A DNA stretch of 62,818 nucleotides, the filler included, from Chrysochromulina tobinii (Eukaryota), in the NCBI GenBank assembly GCA_001275005.1. It is 5 parts of 5 records of this genome, joined end to end, with 100 filler letters (N's around TTAATTAATTAA, not from the genome) between each part and the next. Parts side by side here need not be neighbours in the genome. Positions count along the whole stretch, not along the records: positions 30,089 to 41,026 come from JWZX01000548.1; positions 41,127 to 48,006 come from JWZX01000549.1; positions 48,107 to 62,818 come from JWZX01000550.1; 2 more parts are not named here. The stretch is one strand, 5' to 3'. A model generated the notes under the pieces. The model was given only the letters and a program-made list of their open reading frames with translations. It did not search any database and was not told the DNA's origin. How positions within the stretch are numbered: position 1 is the first letter of the stretch; every line of letters begins with the position of its first letter. This document shows, in pieces, positions 40,852 through 51,309 of this stretch. The translations under genes and the position numbers were made by a program.

Positions 40852-40871
40852 CTAATCAGGCGATGAGAAAA

Positions 40872-41026
40872 TTAAGGAGTTGGAGGAGTTGGAGGTTGCT
40901 CCGAGACATTATTTACAACAACTGACGTTGGTAGGCGATGTATCGTCACTGAGGAGTACGCCTGCTCAGTGCCATTCTTCACAACCAATGTGAACACCGC
41001 GGTGAGCAGGTCTTCAGGCGCAGCTG
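40872..41026 (-). CDS. C-terminal fragment of a further viral ORF cut by the contig end
   Basis: Open frame AAPEDLLTAVFTLVVKNGTEQAYSSVTIHRLP...PPTPPTP*, followed by a 20-nt gap containing TTCTCA. Confidence 0.55.
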
Positions 41027-41126
41027 NNNNNNNNNNNNNNNNNNNNNNNNNNNNNNNNNNNNNNNNNNNNTTAATTAATTAANNNNNNNNNNNNNNNNNN
41101 NNNNNNNNNNNNNNNNNNNNNNNNNN
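41027..41126. other. Artificial contig linker
   Basis: N44-TTAATTAATTAA-N44. Confidence 0.98.
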
Positions 41127-41497
41127 GGTGGCCCCCCGCCGAGCCGGCGCGCACTGGCGCTGCCGGCTTCTGCTTCTGCTGCTTGGCCTGCTTGAGGTCG
41201 CGCACGCCGACAAAGGAGCCGCCGTGCAGCGAGCCCGAGATCAGCCCGCCCGCGAAGAAATCCCACTCGGGCTCGCCGCCGCCCACGCTCCCCGTCGATC
41301 CGGCGTTGGGCGCCGTGTGCGCCGCAGAGAGCAGCGAGAGCAGCGAGTCGGGCGATTCCTCAGCATCCTCATTGTCGGCTGCCTCGCCAAACAGCAGCGC
41401 GTACATACTGTCCGGCGCCAAAGACGCCGATTCGAGCGACATCGTCCACGGTCGCGCGGGCGGTTGGGCTCCGGAGGCGCGCTCCTTCCGGGGCGGG

Positions 41498-41522
41498 GAA
41501 AACAAGACTTTTTCCGTGAACA
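41498..41522 (+). repeat. 25-bp direct repeat, copy 1
   Basis: GAAAACAAGACTTTTTCCGTGAACA, identical to 46625-46649. Confidence 0.85.
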
Positions 41523-41639
41523 GATCGTCTACAGTGTGAATGCCCAGCGTGTCTCCCTTCCTCTGGGGTCGAGCATGGGTCCCTCCTACATTCACGAGAT
41601 CTGCATTCGAATTCACAGACAGTTTCGAGGCAAAAACTT

Positions 41640-44600
41640 ATGGAGTGCAGAGCGAGCGCCGCAGGAAGGGCGCATCGTACACCGAGTGCATCCGCGCCAC
41701 AGACAGAGTCGTGGACCGCCGCCGGGTTCCTCGGGACCCTCGGCATCCCGGAGCTGCTCGCAGCGCAGCTTGTCGAGGTCGGCGGCCCGAACGAGCTCGG
41801 TGCGCTGCAATCGCTCGCTCGCTCGCCGAAGGAGGAGCTCAGGCGGCGCCTGACCTCGGGCATCGACGCTCTCACCGACCGCCTCTCGTCCGCGCTCGAA
41901 AACCTCGCCTCGGGCGCCGCGCCGACGGCCGAGCAGTTGCAGAACAAGTTTATGCAGGATGGCGCCGGGCTGCTGGCATACGGTGACCTGAACACCTTCT
42001 TTGGAGGGCTGGAGGCGATCGTGGGTGCGCCGCTGCCGCGCGTGCGCGAGGCCATGGCCGCAGAGCACACCCAGCAGCCCGACTCGCACCTCGAGTTCAC
42101 GACGGAGAACTATGGCATCACGACGACCTCGGCGATCGAGTGGGCCTTTGTAGCCGAGAGCCGCTCGCACGACGCGTGGCCCGTCGAGGCGAAGCTCGTG
42201 CTCGCACGAAAGCCTGGCGGCAGCACGTCTATGCGCCTTGGAGAGGGAATTGCGGTCGTTGGGCTCGAAAGCACGACGGAGGCGGAGCCGCCTTCAAAGA
42301 AGGCGAAGCTCACATCCGTGCAGGCGCTTGGCAATGCCGTCGGAGAGGAGGAGGAGCGCCTGAACATGCGCCGGCGCGCGCCAATGCCGATCGACGAGCT
42401 GGAGCGGCATGTCGCCGAGCAGAGTGCGCGGTTGCTGGAGCAGGGCGAGCCGGCGCTCACGCTCGAGGAGGCGTTTGGCGCACGGCTGTACACGGGCCCG
42501 CTCTACGTCAAGTACAATGCGGTGCTGCGCGGGCTCAGTTCTGCGCGGCTCGACAGCCCGGTCCTTTACCTGCGCTGCGAGATGGTGCGGCTGTGCTGCT
42601 CCGCGGAGGACGCGGCATTGCACGCGCAAGCTGCCGAGGAGGCCAATGCCAAGCGCCTAGCAGAGGAGCCGTCGTTTGGCGAGCGCAGACCGACGGCGGC
42701 GGACGAGGCGGCGCTGCACGAGTACACGTGCGCTGCTTACGAGGCGGTGGTGCAACGCATCAACAAGTACACGACGACGCTGCACGCGCTCAACTCGGCG
42801 GTCATCAAACTGAGCAAGCTGACCAAGGCGTCGACGGTGTACCGCGGCGTCCACGATATGGTGCTCCCCGATCAGTTCTGGACGCCCAACAAGTACGGCG
42901 TGCGCGGCGGCATCGACAGCGCGTTCATGTCGACAACTCTGAAGCGTGAGGAGGCGATCAAGTACGCAGCAAGCGGGAGAACCGCTCCTCTGATCTTCGA
43001 GATCCAGCAAGGCATGATCGACCGCGGCGCCGACATCTCGTTCCTCTCGCAGTACCCATTCGAGAAGGAGATCCTCTTCAACCCGCTCACGGGGCTCGAG
43101 GTGTGCGGCTCGCGCGTCGAGGGCCAGTTGCTCATCGTCGAGGTGAAGCTGAGCATCAACCTGACGTCGCTCACCATCGAGCAGGTGATCGGCAAGCGCA
43201 AGAAGGTGCTGCAGGACATGGTGTTTGGGCTCGAGGCGGAGGTGCGTCAGGCGCTTCGCACGGAGGGTCTGGCCACAGCGTATGGAACGGAGAAGGTTTT
43301 GGGCGAGTTTCGCAAGGACGTGGAGGAGCACGATCTTGGGCACCCGTCCGAGTGGTACAATGGCGACGAGCGGCTCGCGGAGGCGCTGCAGGGGATGCTC
43401 TTAGCGCGGCGGCAGTACGGGCTCGGCGGGCAGCGGCGGACAAAGGCCCTGGCGGTGCTGAAAATGGACGAATTGAAACGCTGCGGCTTTGAGCCCAAGG
43501 CGTACACATCTATGGTGGTGGAGGCGGTAACGAAGCTCGAGGACTCGGACGTGGGCGTGCGCCGAGCGGCTGTGAAGACGCTCGGCAGCATCCTAATGGA
43601 GCCGGCGACGCTCGCGATGCACGGCGCCGCCCTCGTTGCGAGGCTCGAGGACTCGGACGCGGTCGTGCGCCAGGCAGTGGTGGCGATGCTCGGGAAGCTG
43701 GAGCCGGCGACGCTCGCGATGCACGGCGCCGCCCTCGTTGCGAGGCTCGAGGACTCGGACACGGTCGTGCGCCAGGCAGTGGTGGCGATGCTCGGGAAGT
43801 TGGAGCCGGCGACGATCGCGACGCACGGCGCCGCCCTCGTTGCGAAGCTCGAGAACTCGGACGCGGGTGTGCGCGAGGCGGTGGTGGCGACGCTCGGGAA
43901 GCTGGAGCCGGCGACGCTCGCGACGCACGGCGCCGCCCTCTTTGCGATGTTCAAGGACTCGGACGCGGGCGTGCGCCGAGTGGTGGTGGCGACGCTCGGG
44001 AAGCTGGAGCCGGCGACGCTCGCGACGCACGGCGCCGCCCTGGTTGCGAGGCTCGAGAACTCGGACGCGGGCGTGCGCCGAGGCGGTGGTGGAGACGCTC
44101 GGGAAGCTGGAGCCGGCGACGCTCGCGATGCACGGGGCCGCCCTCGTTGCAAAGCTCGAGGACTTGGGCGCGGGCGTGCGCCGAGTGGTGGTGGCGACGC
44201 TCGGGAAGCTGGAGCCGGCGACGCTCGCGACGCACGGCGCCGCCCTGGTTGCGAGGCTCGAGGACTCGTCCGCGGCCGTGCGCCGAGTGGTGGTGGCGAC
44301 GCTCGGGAAGCTGGAGCCGGCGACGCTCGCGATGCACGGCGCCGCCCTCGTTGCGAGGCTCGAGGACTCGGATGCGGGCGTGCGCGAGGCGGTGGTGGAG
44401 ACACTTGGGAAGCTGGAGCCGGCGACGATTGCGATGCACGGCGCCGCCCTCGTTGCGAGGCTCGAGGACTCGGACGCGGGCGTGCGCCGAGTGGTGGTGG
44501 CGACGCTCGGGAAGCTGGAGCCGGCGACGCTCGCGACGCACGGCGCCGCCCTGGTTGCGAAGCTCGAGGACTCGGACGCTGGCGTGCGCCGAGTGGTGGT

Positions 44601-45765
44601 GGCGACGCTCAGGAAGTTGGGGCCCGCGATGCTCACGACGCACGGCGCCGCCCTCGTTGCGAGGCTCGAGGAGGCCTGCCTCGAGGAGGCCTGCCTGCAA
44701 CCGAAGCGCCTCCTCGAGCAAAAACCGAAGCGCCTCGGGCCAGCGTGGTTCCGTGACCTCTTCGGCTTCGATGAGAGCAGCACGTGGAGAGACAACGTAA
44801 ACCACTTCCACATGGATGGCGATACGCTCGTGTGCAGGACCGCTCCGCAGTTTCCAAGGCAGTTCGTTGGGCGTTTCGAGTGCCCGTCTGTCGCCGAACT
44901 GCGCAGCAAGCTGGCCGCCGCACCGGGTGCGGCCGCGCCGTCGGCAGGCCTTCGTTTCGCGCACCTTGCCGCGCCGGCGGGCGTCGAACCGCTACACTTC
45001 GAGCCGAGTAATGCAGGTGCAGTCTTCCAGGCGGACAGTCAGTTCAACTGCCTCATTATGACCGGCCCCAGCGTGTCGCCCACTGCTGGCGTTGGCATCT
45101 ACTTCAACGACAGGACGCAGGGCATCGCGTGTGCGCTCGCGTGCCCAGCCGCAACCGTGTATCGCAACTACCTCGTGCAGCACGATGGCAGCACAGGGCA
45201 ACACCTCGTGCAGATTGACAACCTGAAGGCGTTGGGCGTGGCCGTCGGCAACGGCGACGGGCGCTACTGGGTTATGCAGAACGGCTACGCGATGCCGGTG
45301 GGTCGCGGCTCGTTGGCCGAGCTCGCCGCACGCCTCAGGACGGAGCCCAACCTGGTCGAGCAGGCCGTGGCCGCGCTGCGCGTCGGCGTGCACTGGGAGA
45401 CCTCGGTGGCGCCGCCGCTCGAGCACCGTGTGTGCCAAGTGTACGCGTCCGCGCTGCCCTGCGCCTACGCGCGCGGGACGCCAGAGAGCGACTGGGAGCC
45501 CTTTGCGCGCCTCGTGCTGCGCGCTGCGTACGAGGCCACGCTCGCCGTCGGAGCTGTACGCTCCTTGGAAGCTGGAGGCGCGCGCGTCAAGTGCTACCTG
45601 ACGGCGCTCGGCGAAGGCGTCTTCGGCAACCGGTACGAATGGATCCGCGATGCGATCTTCGATGCGCTCGATCTGTACCAGGGCTGGCCGCTCGATGTGG
45701 TGCTAGTACACTTCGACAGCTCACGTGTCGATGCGAACTGGGCCCACGACTTGCCGCCAAGGTAG
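41640..45765 (+). CDS. Mono-ADP-ribosyltransferase (R-S-E type) + HEAT repeats + macrodomain/PARG-like C-terminal domain; one frameshift at about 44079
   Basis: RLYTGP.YVKYNAVLR, VYRG, FMSTT and SQYPFEKEILF (ART). About 11 34-aa HEAT-like units. WFRDLFGFDE...FQADSQFNCL...DRTQG...VYRNY...AAYEATL...LGEGVFGN (macro-like). ORFs 41640-44756 and 43636-45765 join through one extra base. Confidence 0.75.
43525..44680 (+). repeat. Coding tandem array, 102-bp unit, about 11 copies
   Basis: Unit encodes VARLEDSDAGVRRVVVATLGKLEPATLATHGAAL. Confidence 0.9.
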
Positions 45766-46624
45766 CTGACGCCCCCCGGCACCCCCGCCCATGCATCGGC
45801 CGTCGGGCGAAGGCAACGCTCCGGCTCCGTGTTTGAAGAGTTCAGAAAGTCCGGGGGCGGCGAGCATCACCAAACACCATCACCCATCAGTCGAGATCGA
45901 TCAGGGAGAGACACCACATAATATAACAGAGAGAGGCACTGGCTTCTGGCTTGTGGCTAGCGCTACATGTAGATGTACCACTCCGTAGTCTTGAGACTCT
46001 CGATTTACGAAGCATATGAAAAGAGATTAAAAAACTTAGGATTCCTAGCTAATTGCTGCGTTACTTGCATGCTTCCATCGGTTCCGTTCCAATGCGGCAC
46101 GACAAGCGCCCCAAGCTGCTCTCACAGCCCATGACGCTCTCGCAAGCGCTCTCGAGACCTTGGGTGCAGACCAGGGTGCTGCGCCGCGATCAGGGCATTG
46201 CCACGTGCCTGGGCGAGTTCTGGTCAACCGCGCTGCGCTGTGCGCCCAAGGAACCACCCTCCTACATTCGCTCCTGCGCCCAAAGTTACACGCCTGTGAA
46301 CCCAACGTGAAGGTGCCAGGTCACATGGACGGTACCCATCATGGAACCAGACAGGGGGATGCGGAGAGCCCAGAGTATGGGGATCTCTCCGCCGTTTGGG
46401 GGTTATGGGACTCCCCTGGGAAAGCCTTATGAGGCACCCTCCACCCTGTGGGAAACGGATTGAGCTGGTATGCTGCTCTTGCGCGATCGGAGCCCGTTGT
46501 GGATCTTCACACGATTCCTTACGGCGGCCCGTCGCGCGATTGATGCGCGTCACCGTCAGCTTTACCGACATGAGAGAGATGTGTCGCAATCATCAACCAA
46601 CGCGACCCCAGGTTTACTTCCGGA

Positions 46625-46649
46625 GAAAACAAGACTTTTTCCGTGAACA
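46625..46649 (+). repeat. 25-bp direct repeat, copy 2
   Basis: Identical to 41498-41522; both copies have CTTCCGG just upstream. Confidence 0.85.
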
Positions 46650-46807
46650 CACGTCAACTTTATCTCCTTTATTGTGCGCTGTGAAAAGCTCGTACGTGTT
46701 GGTGTGATTTAAATACCGCTCGACACGACGCGGTGGGCGCCCTGGCCGTCCCGCGCTTGAGTTTCGGCCTTGTGTCGCACCACGAGAAAAAGCGCCGCCT
46801 TGCAGAC

Positions 46808-48006
46808 ATGTCCGATGTTCTCGACCTGCCGCCGCTGCAGGGGGGTGATGGTGTTCCACTGTCGGATCTAGCCGCCCCAACGTCAAAGCCTGAGGAGACG
46901 CCAGCGCCATCGGCGCCTCAGCAGTTCGCGCCGCTGCCGGAGACCATTGCGGCGCCAAATCAGATCCCGGTCGTGGCGACCAAGGTGGTGGCCATGATCG
47001 TTCCAGCCGACGTCAAAGCTGACCGCAAGATTAAGTTTGTGGTCGATGGCGTCAAGTATTCGGCGGTGCTTCCTGAGGGACTGAAGGCGGGCGACACTTT
47101 TCGCGCACGCATCCCGGCCACGCCAATTATGCTGCCTGTGGTCGGCCCGGCCGCAGGCGAAAGCGCGCCGAAGCGGCCGAAGGCGGAGGAGAGCATGCAG
47201 CAAGGCGCGAAAAAGCCGAAGTTCGCTAAGAAGAAGCGGGAGGTCAAGAGTGACGACGACGAGGAGGAGGAGGATGAATCCAAAGGGCAGGATGAGATGG
47301 AGTCCCCTTTCGATCGCCTGGCCGCCGACGAGATCCACCAGATCCTGACGCTAACTGGCATGACGGGGCTTTGCGTCGTCATGCCACGCGTGTCGAAGGA
47401 GATGAAAGCCCATGCCGCCGCCGCGCTCAGCAGCATGGAGCACATCGACATTTCACCATACGAGTCTGTTTCGCATCCTAGCCGCCCGGATCATTTCACC
47501 CCGGATCATTTCACCAACTGGTCGGCGGTGGAACGCCGCTGTGTGCCAGCCTCTCAGATCCCGTTTCTCACCTTCGATGAGGACAACTTGTGGGCCACTA
47601 GCCCATGGCCGTTCTCGGAGGACGCTATCGAAGCAGCCGCGAAGATGACCACGTTTGTGGACAACTTCAAACTGGTCCTGTCAAAGACAACGGCGCTGAA
47701 ATCGCTGTTCCTAGAGGCGACTTTCTATTTTTTGACGGACGATTGCGAACACGAGACAGTGCCTCTCCCTGCCTTCTCGCTTGCAACTGTTGCCTCTACT
47801 CTGCGAACGCTCTCGGTCCGCGCCAAGCCCTCATCGCAGACACTGCTCGACATTGTCTCCTCTTGCCCGGGGCTGGAGGAGCTCTCGTGGAGACTCTTGT
47901 CACAGTCCCGGTACGAAAGCGAGTACTCGCATCTGGTCCTGAATAAATCTATGGTTGCCGCACTCAAACACGCGAAGACGGCTTGTCCAAACCTCACCAA
48001 GCTCCC
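46808..48006 (+). CDS. F-box/LRR-like protein, 3'-truncated
   Basis: PFDRLAADEIHQILTL...MPRVSKEMK (F-box-like), then ALKSLFL, TLRTLSV, CPGLEELS and CPNLTKL (LRR-like). Confidence 0.55.
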
Positions 48007-48106
48007 NNNNNNNNNNNNNNNNNNNNNNNNNNNNNNNNNNNNNNNNNNNNTTAATTAATTAANNNNNNNNNNNNNNNNNNNNNNNNNNNNNNNNNNNNNN
48101 NNNNNN
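48007..48106. other. Artificial contig linker
   Basis: N44-TTAATTAATTAA-N44. Confidence 0.98.
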
Positions 48107-48157
<51 letters not shown>

Positions 48158-49911
48158 ACCAGGCGCTGGAGCACGTGCCTGAGGCGTCGCTGCTGCGCGC
48201 CTCCTCGGCTGACCAACCACCCTCACTCGACGCCGCCTATCCCCACAGCAACAGCGTCTTTCTCCGAAGCTGCGAAGAGAGCTGTGGGGAGATCGAGGGG
48301 CAGGGGGCCAGCCACCACGGCGCCACCCTGCACGCGAGCACGCCCGGGCCAGCGGCGGCCGTCGCCAGTCCGGCCGCCGCCCTCGCCAATGGCACGGCCA
48401 TTCACACCGCCAACGGCATTCACACCGCCCTCGCCAATGGCACGGCCATTCACACCGCCAACGGCATTCACACCGCCCTCGCCAATGGCACGACCACGCC
48501 CGCGCGCGCCGCAGCTCAGCACGGCACGAGTAGCGCACGTACCCGCTCCGCCAGCGCCAGCGCCTCCGCCTCCGCCTCCGGCTCAGTCGACAGCCGTGGC
48601 ACGCTCCCGACTCGAGATCATGGGCGCTGCTCGGGAGGCGCACACGGCGGCGCCAAAAGTCGCGCCGCTTTTGGCGCCGCTTTTGGCGTCGCAGCAGCGG
48701 CGGCCCCACCGGCTATGCTAACGTCGGTTTCATTTCTCCCGCCGCCTACCCGTCGACTCTCTTCAGTCATCTCCTTTGCTGATGGCATCTCATTCGTCGA
48801 CTCGCTACGTAGCGCAGCGCCGCCGCCCGAGCCGCGGGCCGGTGCGTCACCGGGACGGCGCGCCTCGCTCGCGCAACAGTTTGGCGACGGCCGCGTACGT
48901 GCCATCGACATCATGCGCGACGTGGACACGGACGGCGACGGCGTGATCTCCGCTCGGGAGCTCAAGAGTGCCCTCAAGGCGTCGGGCATGTCGGACGAGG
49001 AGACGGCGGCCACGTTTGCGGACGTCGGCACAGACGGCAACGGCCCAATCGACCTGCGCGAGCTCAAGCGGATGCTGCGCGCCTCTTCTTCTCCGCCCAG
49101 GCGCTCACCACGGCGCGCCTCGTCTTCTCCGCCCAGGCGCTCACCATGGCGCTGGTCACAGCCTTCGCCTCCACGCTCACCTCAGCGCACCCGGCCACCA
49201 CCGCCGCCGCCACGGCCGCCTGCCGCCGCCGCCGCCGCCTCCGCTGCCGTCTCCGCCGCCGCGCCGCCACCGCCCGTGCCGCCCCCGATTGGACTCGACG
49301 GTCAGAGCAGTAACGGTCAGAGCGGTTACGGTCAGAGCGGTTACGGTCAGAGCGGTTACGGTCAGAGCGGCCAGTGCGCTGCCCTGAGCGGTTACGGTCA
49401 GAGCGGTTACGGTCAGAGCGGCCAGTGCGCTGCCCTGACGACCACCGCCACGACGATGGCGGCGGAGACGAGCGCGATGAGCGCCATGATGAGCGCGCCG
49501 GCGCTTCTGACGCCTCCTCCTCCAGCGGGTGAGTGGTCGGCGTTGCAGGCGTTGCAGGAGCGCCTCCGAGTGCATGCGCAGCAGCAACGGGAGGCCTCGG
49601 GCGCGGCAGCCAAGGGCTTCACCACCGCCTTCGGCGCGGACTTGGGCGCTGCCCCGAGCGCCGTGTCGGGTGCCGCGCCAGACGTTGCGTCGAGCGCCGT
49701 CTCGAGCGCCGTGTCGAACGGCGCCCATTCGCTTGGCGTGTGCCGCCAGCAAGGCATGGCAAGCCAGCTGGGAACGGCGCCGCCGCTAAGGCAGCTACCC
49801 ATCCCGGACACTTCGTCCGTGTGGGGCCGGATTGCATGGGAGATGGGGCCAGCTCTCGAGCGAGCCCGCACGGCCAGCATCGGGGCGGCGCCAGCCGGAG
49901 CAGGGCCTTAG
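48107..49911 (+). CDS. EF-hand-containing low-complexity protein, 5'-truncated
   Basis: DTDGDGVISARE and TDGNGPIDLRE loops; GQSGY and TANGIH internal repeats. Confidence 0.55.
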
Positions 49912-50098
49912 CCGCGCCCTGATGAGGGAGGCAATCAGAGGTCATCAGGGTGAGGAGCACCAGGACCTTAGCCGCGCCCTGATGAGAGAGGCAGTCAGAG
50001 GTCATCAGGGTGAGGAGCACCAGGACCTTAGCCGCGCCCTGATGAGGGAGGCAATCAGAGGTCATCAGGGTGAGGAGCACCAGGACCTTAGCCGCGCC
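49907..50098. repeat. 60-bp tandem repeat x3 containing the CTGATGAGGGAGGCAATCAGAGGTCATCAG element
   Basis: Three near-identical units plus a partial fourth; the same core occurs in introns elsewhere in the window. Confidence 0.85.
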
Positions 50099-50497
50099 TC
50101 ATGTGAAGGCCCTCGTGCGCCTCTACACAATCTCTCAATACTCAAAGGCTCAGCGCTCCCATCAGCCATGATCAGATCGACCAGAATGCTGCCAGTCCCA
50201 GTCGCCTACCGTACGCGCGCGTGGCCGCCTTTTACGAGCGTGCTCCGTTCATGACGTGACGAGGGATGCCCGTGCGGTCGTCAACACAGCCTCACAGGTG
50301 ACCTGCGCTCGAGTGCTGTGTCTCGAGTCACTATTAAAAATACATGCAAACTGAGAATGAGAGATCTACTGCACCTATAGTGCGTGTGCCGATCATTCGC
50401 CCGGTCGCGAGATCATAATATTATACGTTTCGACTACTGTACTTCTCCAAGAAAGCAAGATATAACTAGGTCCCGCCATCCCCGTCTCGGCTCGTCA

Positions 50498-50565
50498 TCT
50501 CAGCGAGCGGCTGCCTCCGCGGGGTGCACGGAATTTTCGGCCGCACGCGTCATTCGTGCGAGAGG
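50498..50565 (-). promoter_or_regulatory. Candidate SECIS element
   Basis: Minus strand reads AUGA-CGCGUGCGGCCG-AAA...CCGUGCACCCCGCG-GA: an AUGA/GA core with AA 12 nt after UGA, about 60 nt after the SelM-like stop. Helix II is bulged. Confidence 0.5.
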
Positions 50566-50612
50566 GGGCGGCGTCGGCGCGTGTGCGGACGCCACGGCCG
50601 CCAAGAGCAGAA

Positions 50613-51167
50613 TCACAGGTCGCTGATCGCATCGCAGCACTGCGTGTAGCGGAAGCATATTGTATAGCAGCCGAGGGCGAGCACGCAGCCCGAAAACACA
50701 AAGAGTAGCGTGGACTCAAGGGTGGAGATGCCGTATGCCCAGCCAAAGAGCCGACGCCACGTGCGCACGAGTATGCCCGGCGGGTCGACGTCCTCGCGCC
50801 GAAAGTGCGCCGAGAAGAGCACGTGCAACTTTTCTTGGTCAAATTGCGAAAGATCGACCGTCTTGACCTCGAGACCTTGGGTATCGTAGACGTGCAGCAC
50901 AGGCCGCTCATGCAGCTTCCAATTCACTGTGACGTCGGGGTACTGGTCCACGCCGCCCGGCCGCCGCAGGAATGCCTTGACCTGTGGCAGCCGGTTGAGC
51001 GTTCACCTCGGGCAGGAAATGACGACGCCTCGGTGCCCCAGCGCGGTGACATTGGCGCTGCCGATTTTACGCTCGATCGGCTCGGCGGACTCGGTCAATG
51101 GCATCGGGATCGCGATCGCGCTGCGGCTCGCAGCGAGCAAGAGGACCGCGCGAGTAAGGGCCGCCAT
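50613..51167 (-). CDS. SELENOM: Selenoprotein M/Sep15-family thioredoxin-like protein with in-frame UGA (Sec) and a C-terminal TM helix
   Basis: Signal-peptide start MAALTRAVLLLAA; codon 55 (51003-51005) is TGA within SCPR-U-TLNRLPQVKAF, matching SelM CxxU.LNRL.EVKAF; the frame continues to 50613. Confidence 0.85.
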
Positions 51168-51309
51168 CGCAATTGGTGAGAAGACGAGGGTGTGCCCGTC
51201 ACGGCGCTTTTCGAGAGAGGGAGTTGTCTACTATAGTTGTCTACTTCCCGGATGCGCATCTCTCGCGCTCGCGCGCACAGCGCCTCAGTTACGACCTCAG
51301 CTGTGTGCA

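Larger units (their letters stand above)
35507..40871 (-). promoter_or_regulatory. Recurrent TTCT(A/G)A-type motif 11-18 nt upstream of viral start codons (candidate late promoter)
   Basis: Before ATGs at 35506 (TTCTAAG), 35865 (TTCTAAA), 37606 (TTCTGAT), 38218 (TTCTGAG), 38903 (TTCTGAG) and 39507 (TTCTAAG); variants before 36176 (TTCTAGA), 40512 (TTCCAAG) and 40851 (TTCTCAT). Confidence 0.7.
31719..41026. mobile_element. Endogenous viral element, small Nucleocytoviricota relative (mriyavirus/NCLDV-like dwarf virus type); partial, cut by the contig end
   Basis: Intronless, mostly 0-55-bp intergenic gaps, visibly lower GC than host genes. Contains an HUH endonuclease ORF, penton-like and NCLDV-like ORFs and a shared upstream motif. 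Contiguous with an intron-bearing host gene. Confidence 0.8.

Noticed and set aside
31719..41026. Polinton/virophage or bacterial/phage contaminant
   Set aside because: No pPolB, rve integrase or cysteine protease is visible, there is no Shine-Dalgarno pattern, and myristoylation-type starts and linkage to a spliced gene point to a eukaryotic virus. Not fully excluded because the element is partial.
44070..44090. Programmed ribosomal frameshift in the HEAT array
   Set aside because: There is no slippery heptamer. CGCCGAGGCG looks like a hybrid of two repeat variants (CGC CGA GTG and CGC GAG GCG), so an assembly or recombination slip is more likely.
43525..44680. Regular repeats as a CRISPR array (likewise 49907-50098 and 15720-15890)
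   Set aside because: These are head-to-tail units without unique spacers, no cas genes are present, and the 102-bp array is protein-coding.
14537..48106. Four TTAATTAATTAA palindromes flanked by Ns as biological sites
   Set aside because: They have an identical N44-12mer-N44 layout with stops in all frames, i.e. contig-joining linkers. For the same reason the viral block cannot be linked to the ART gene that follows it.
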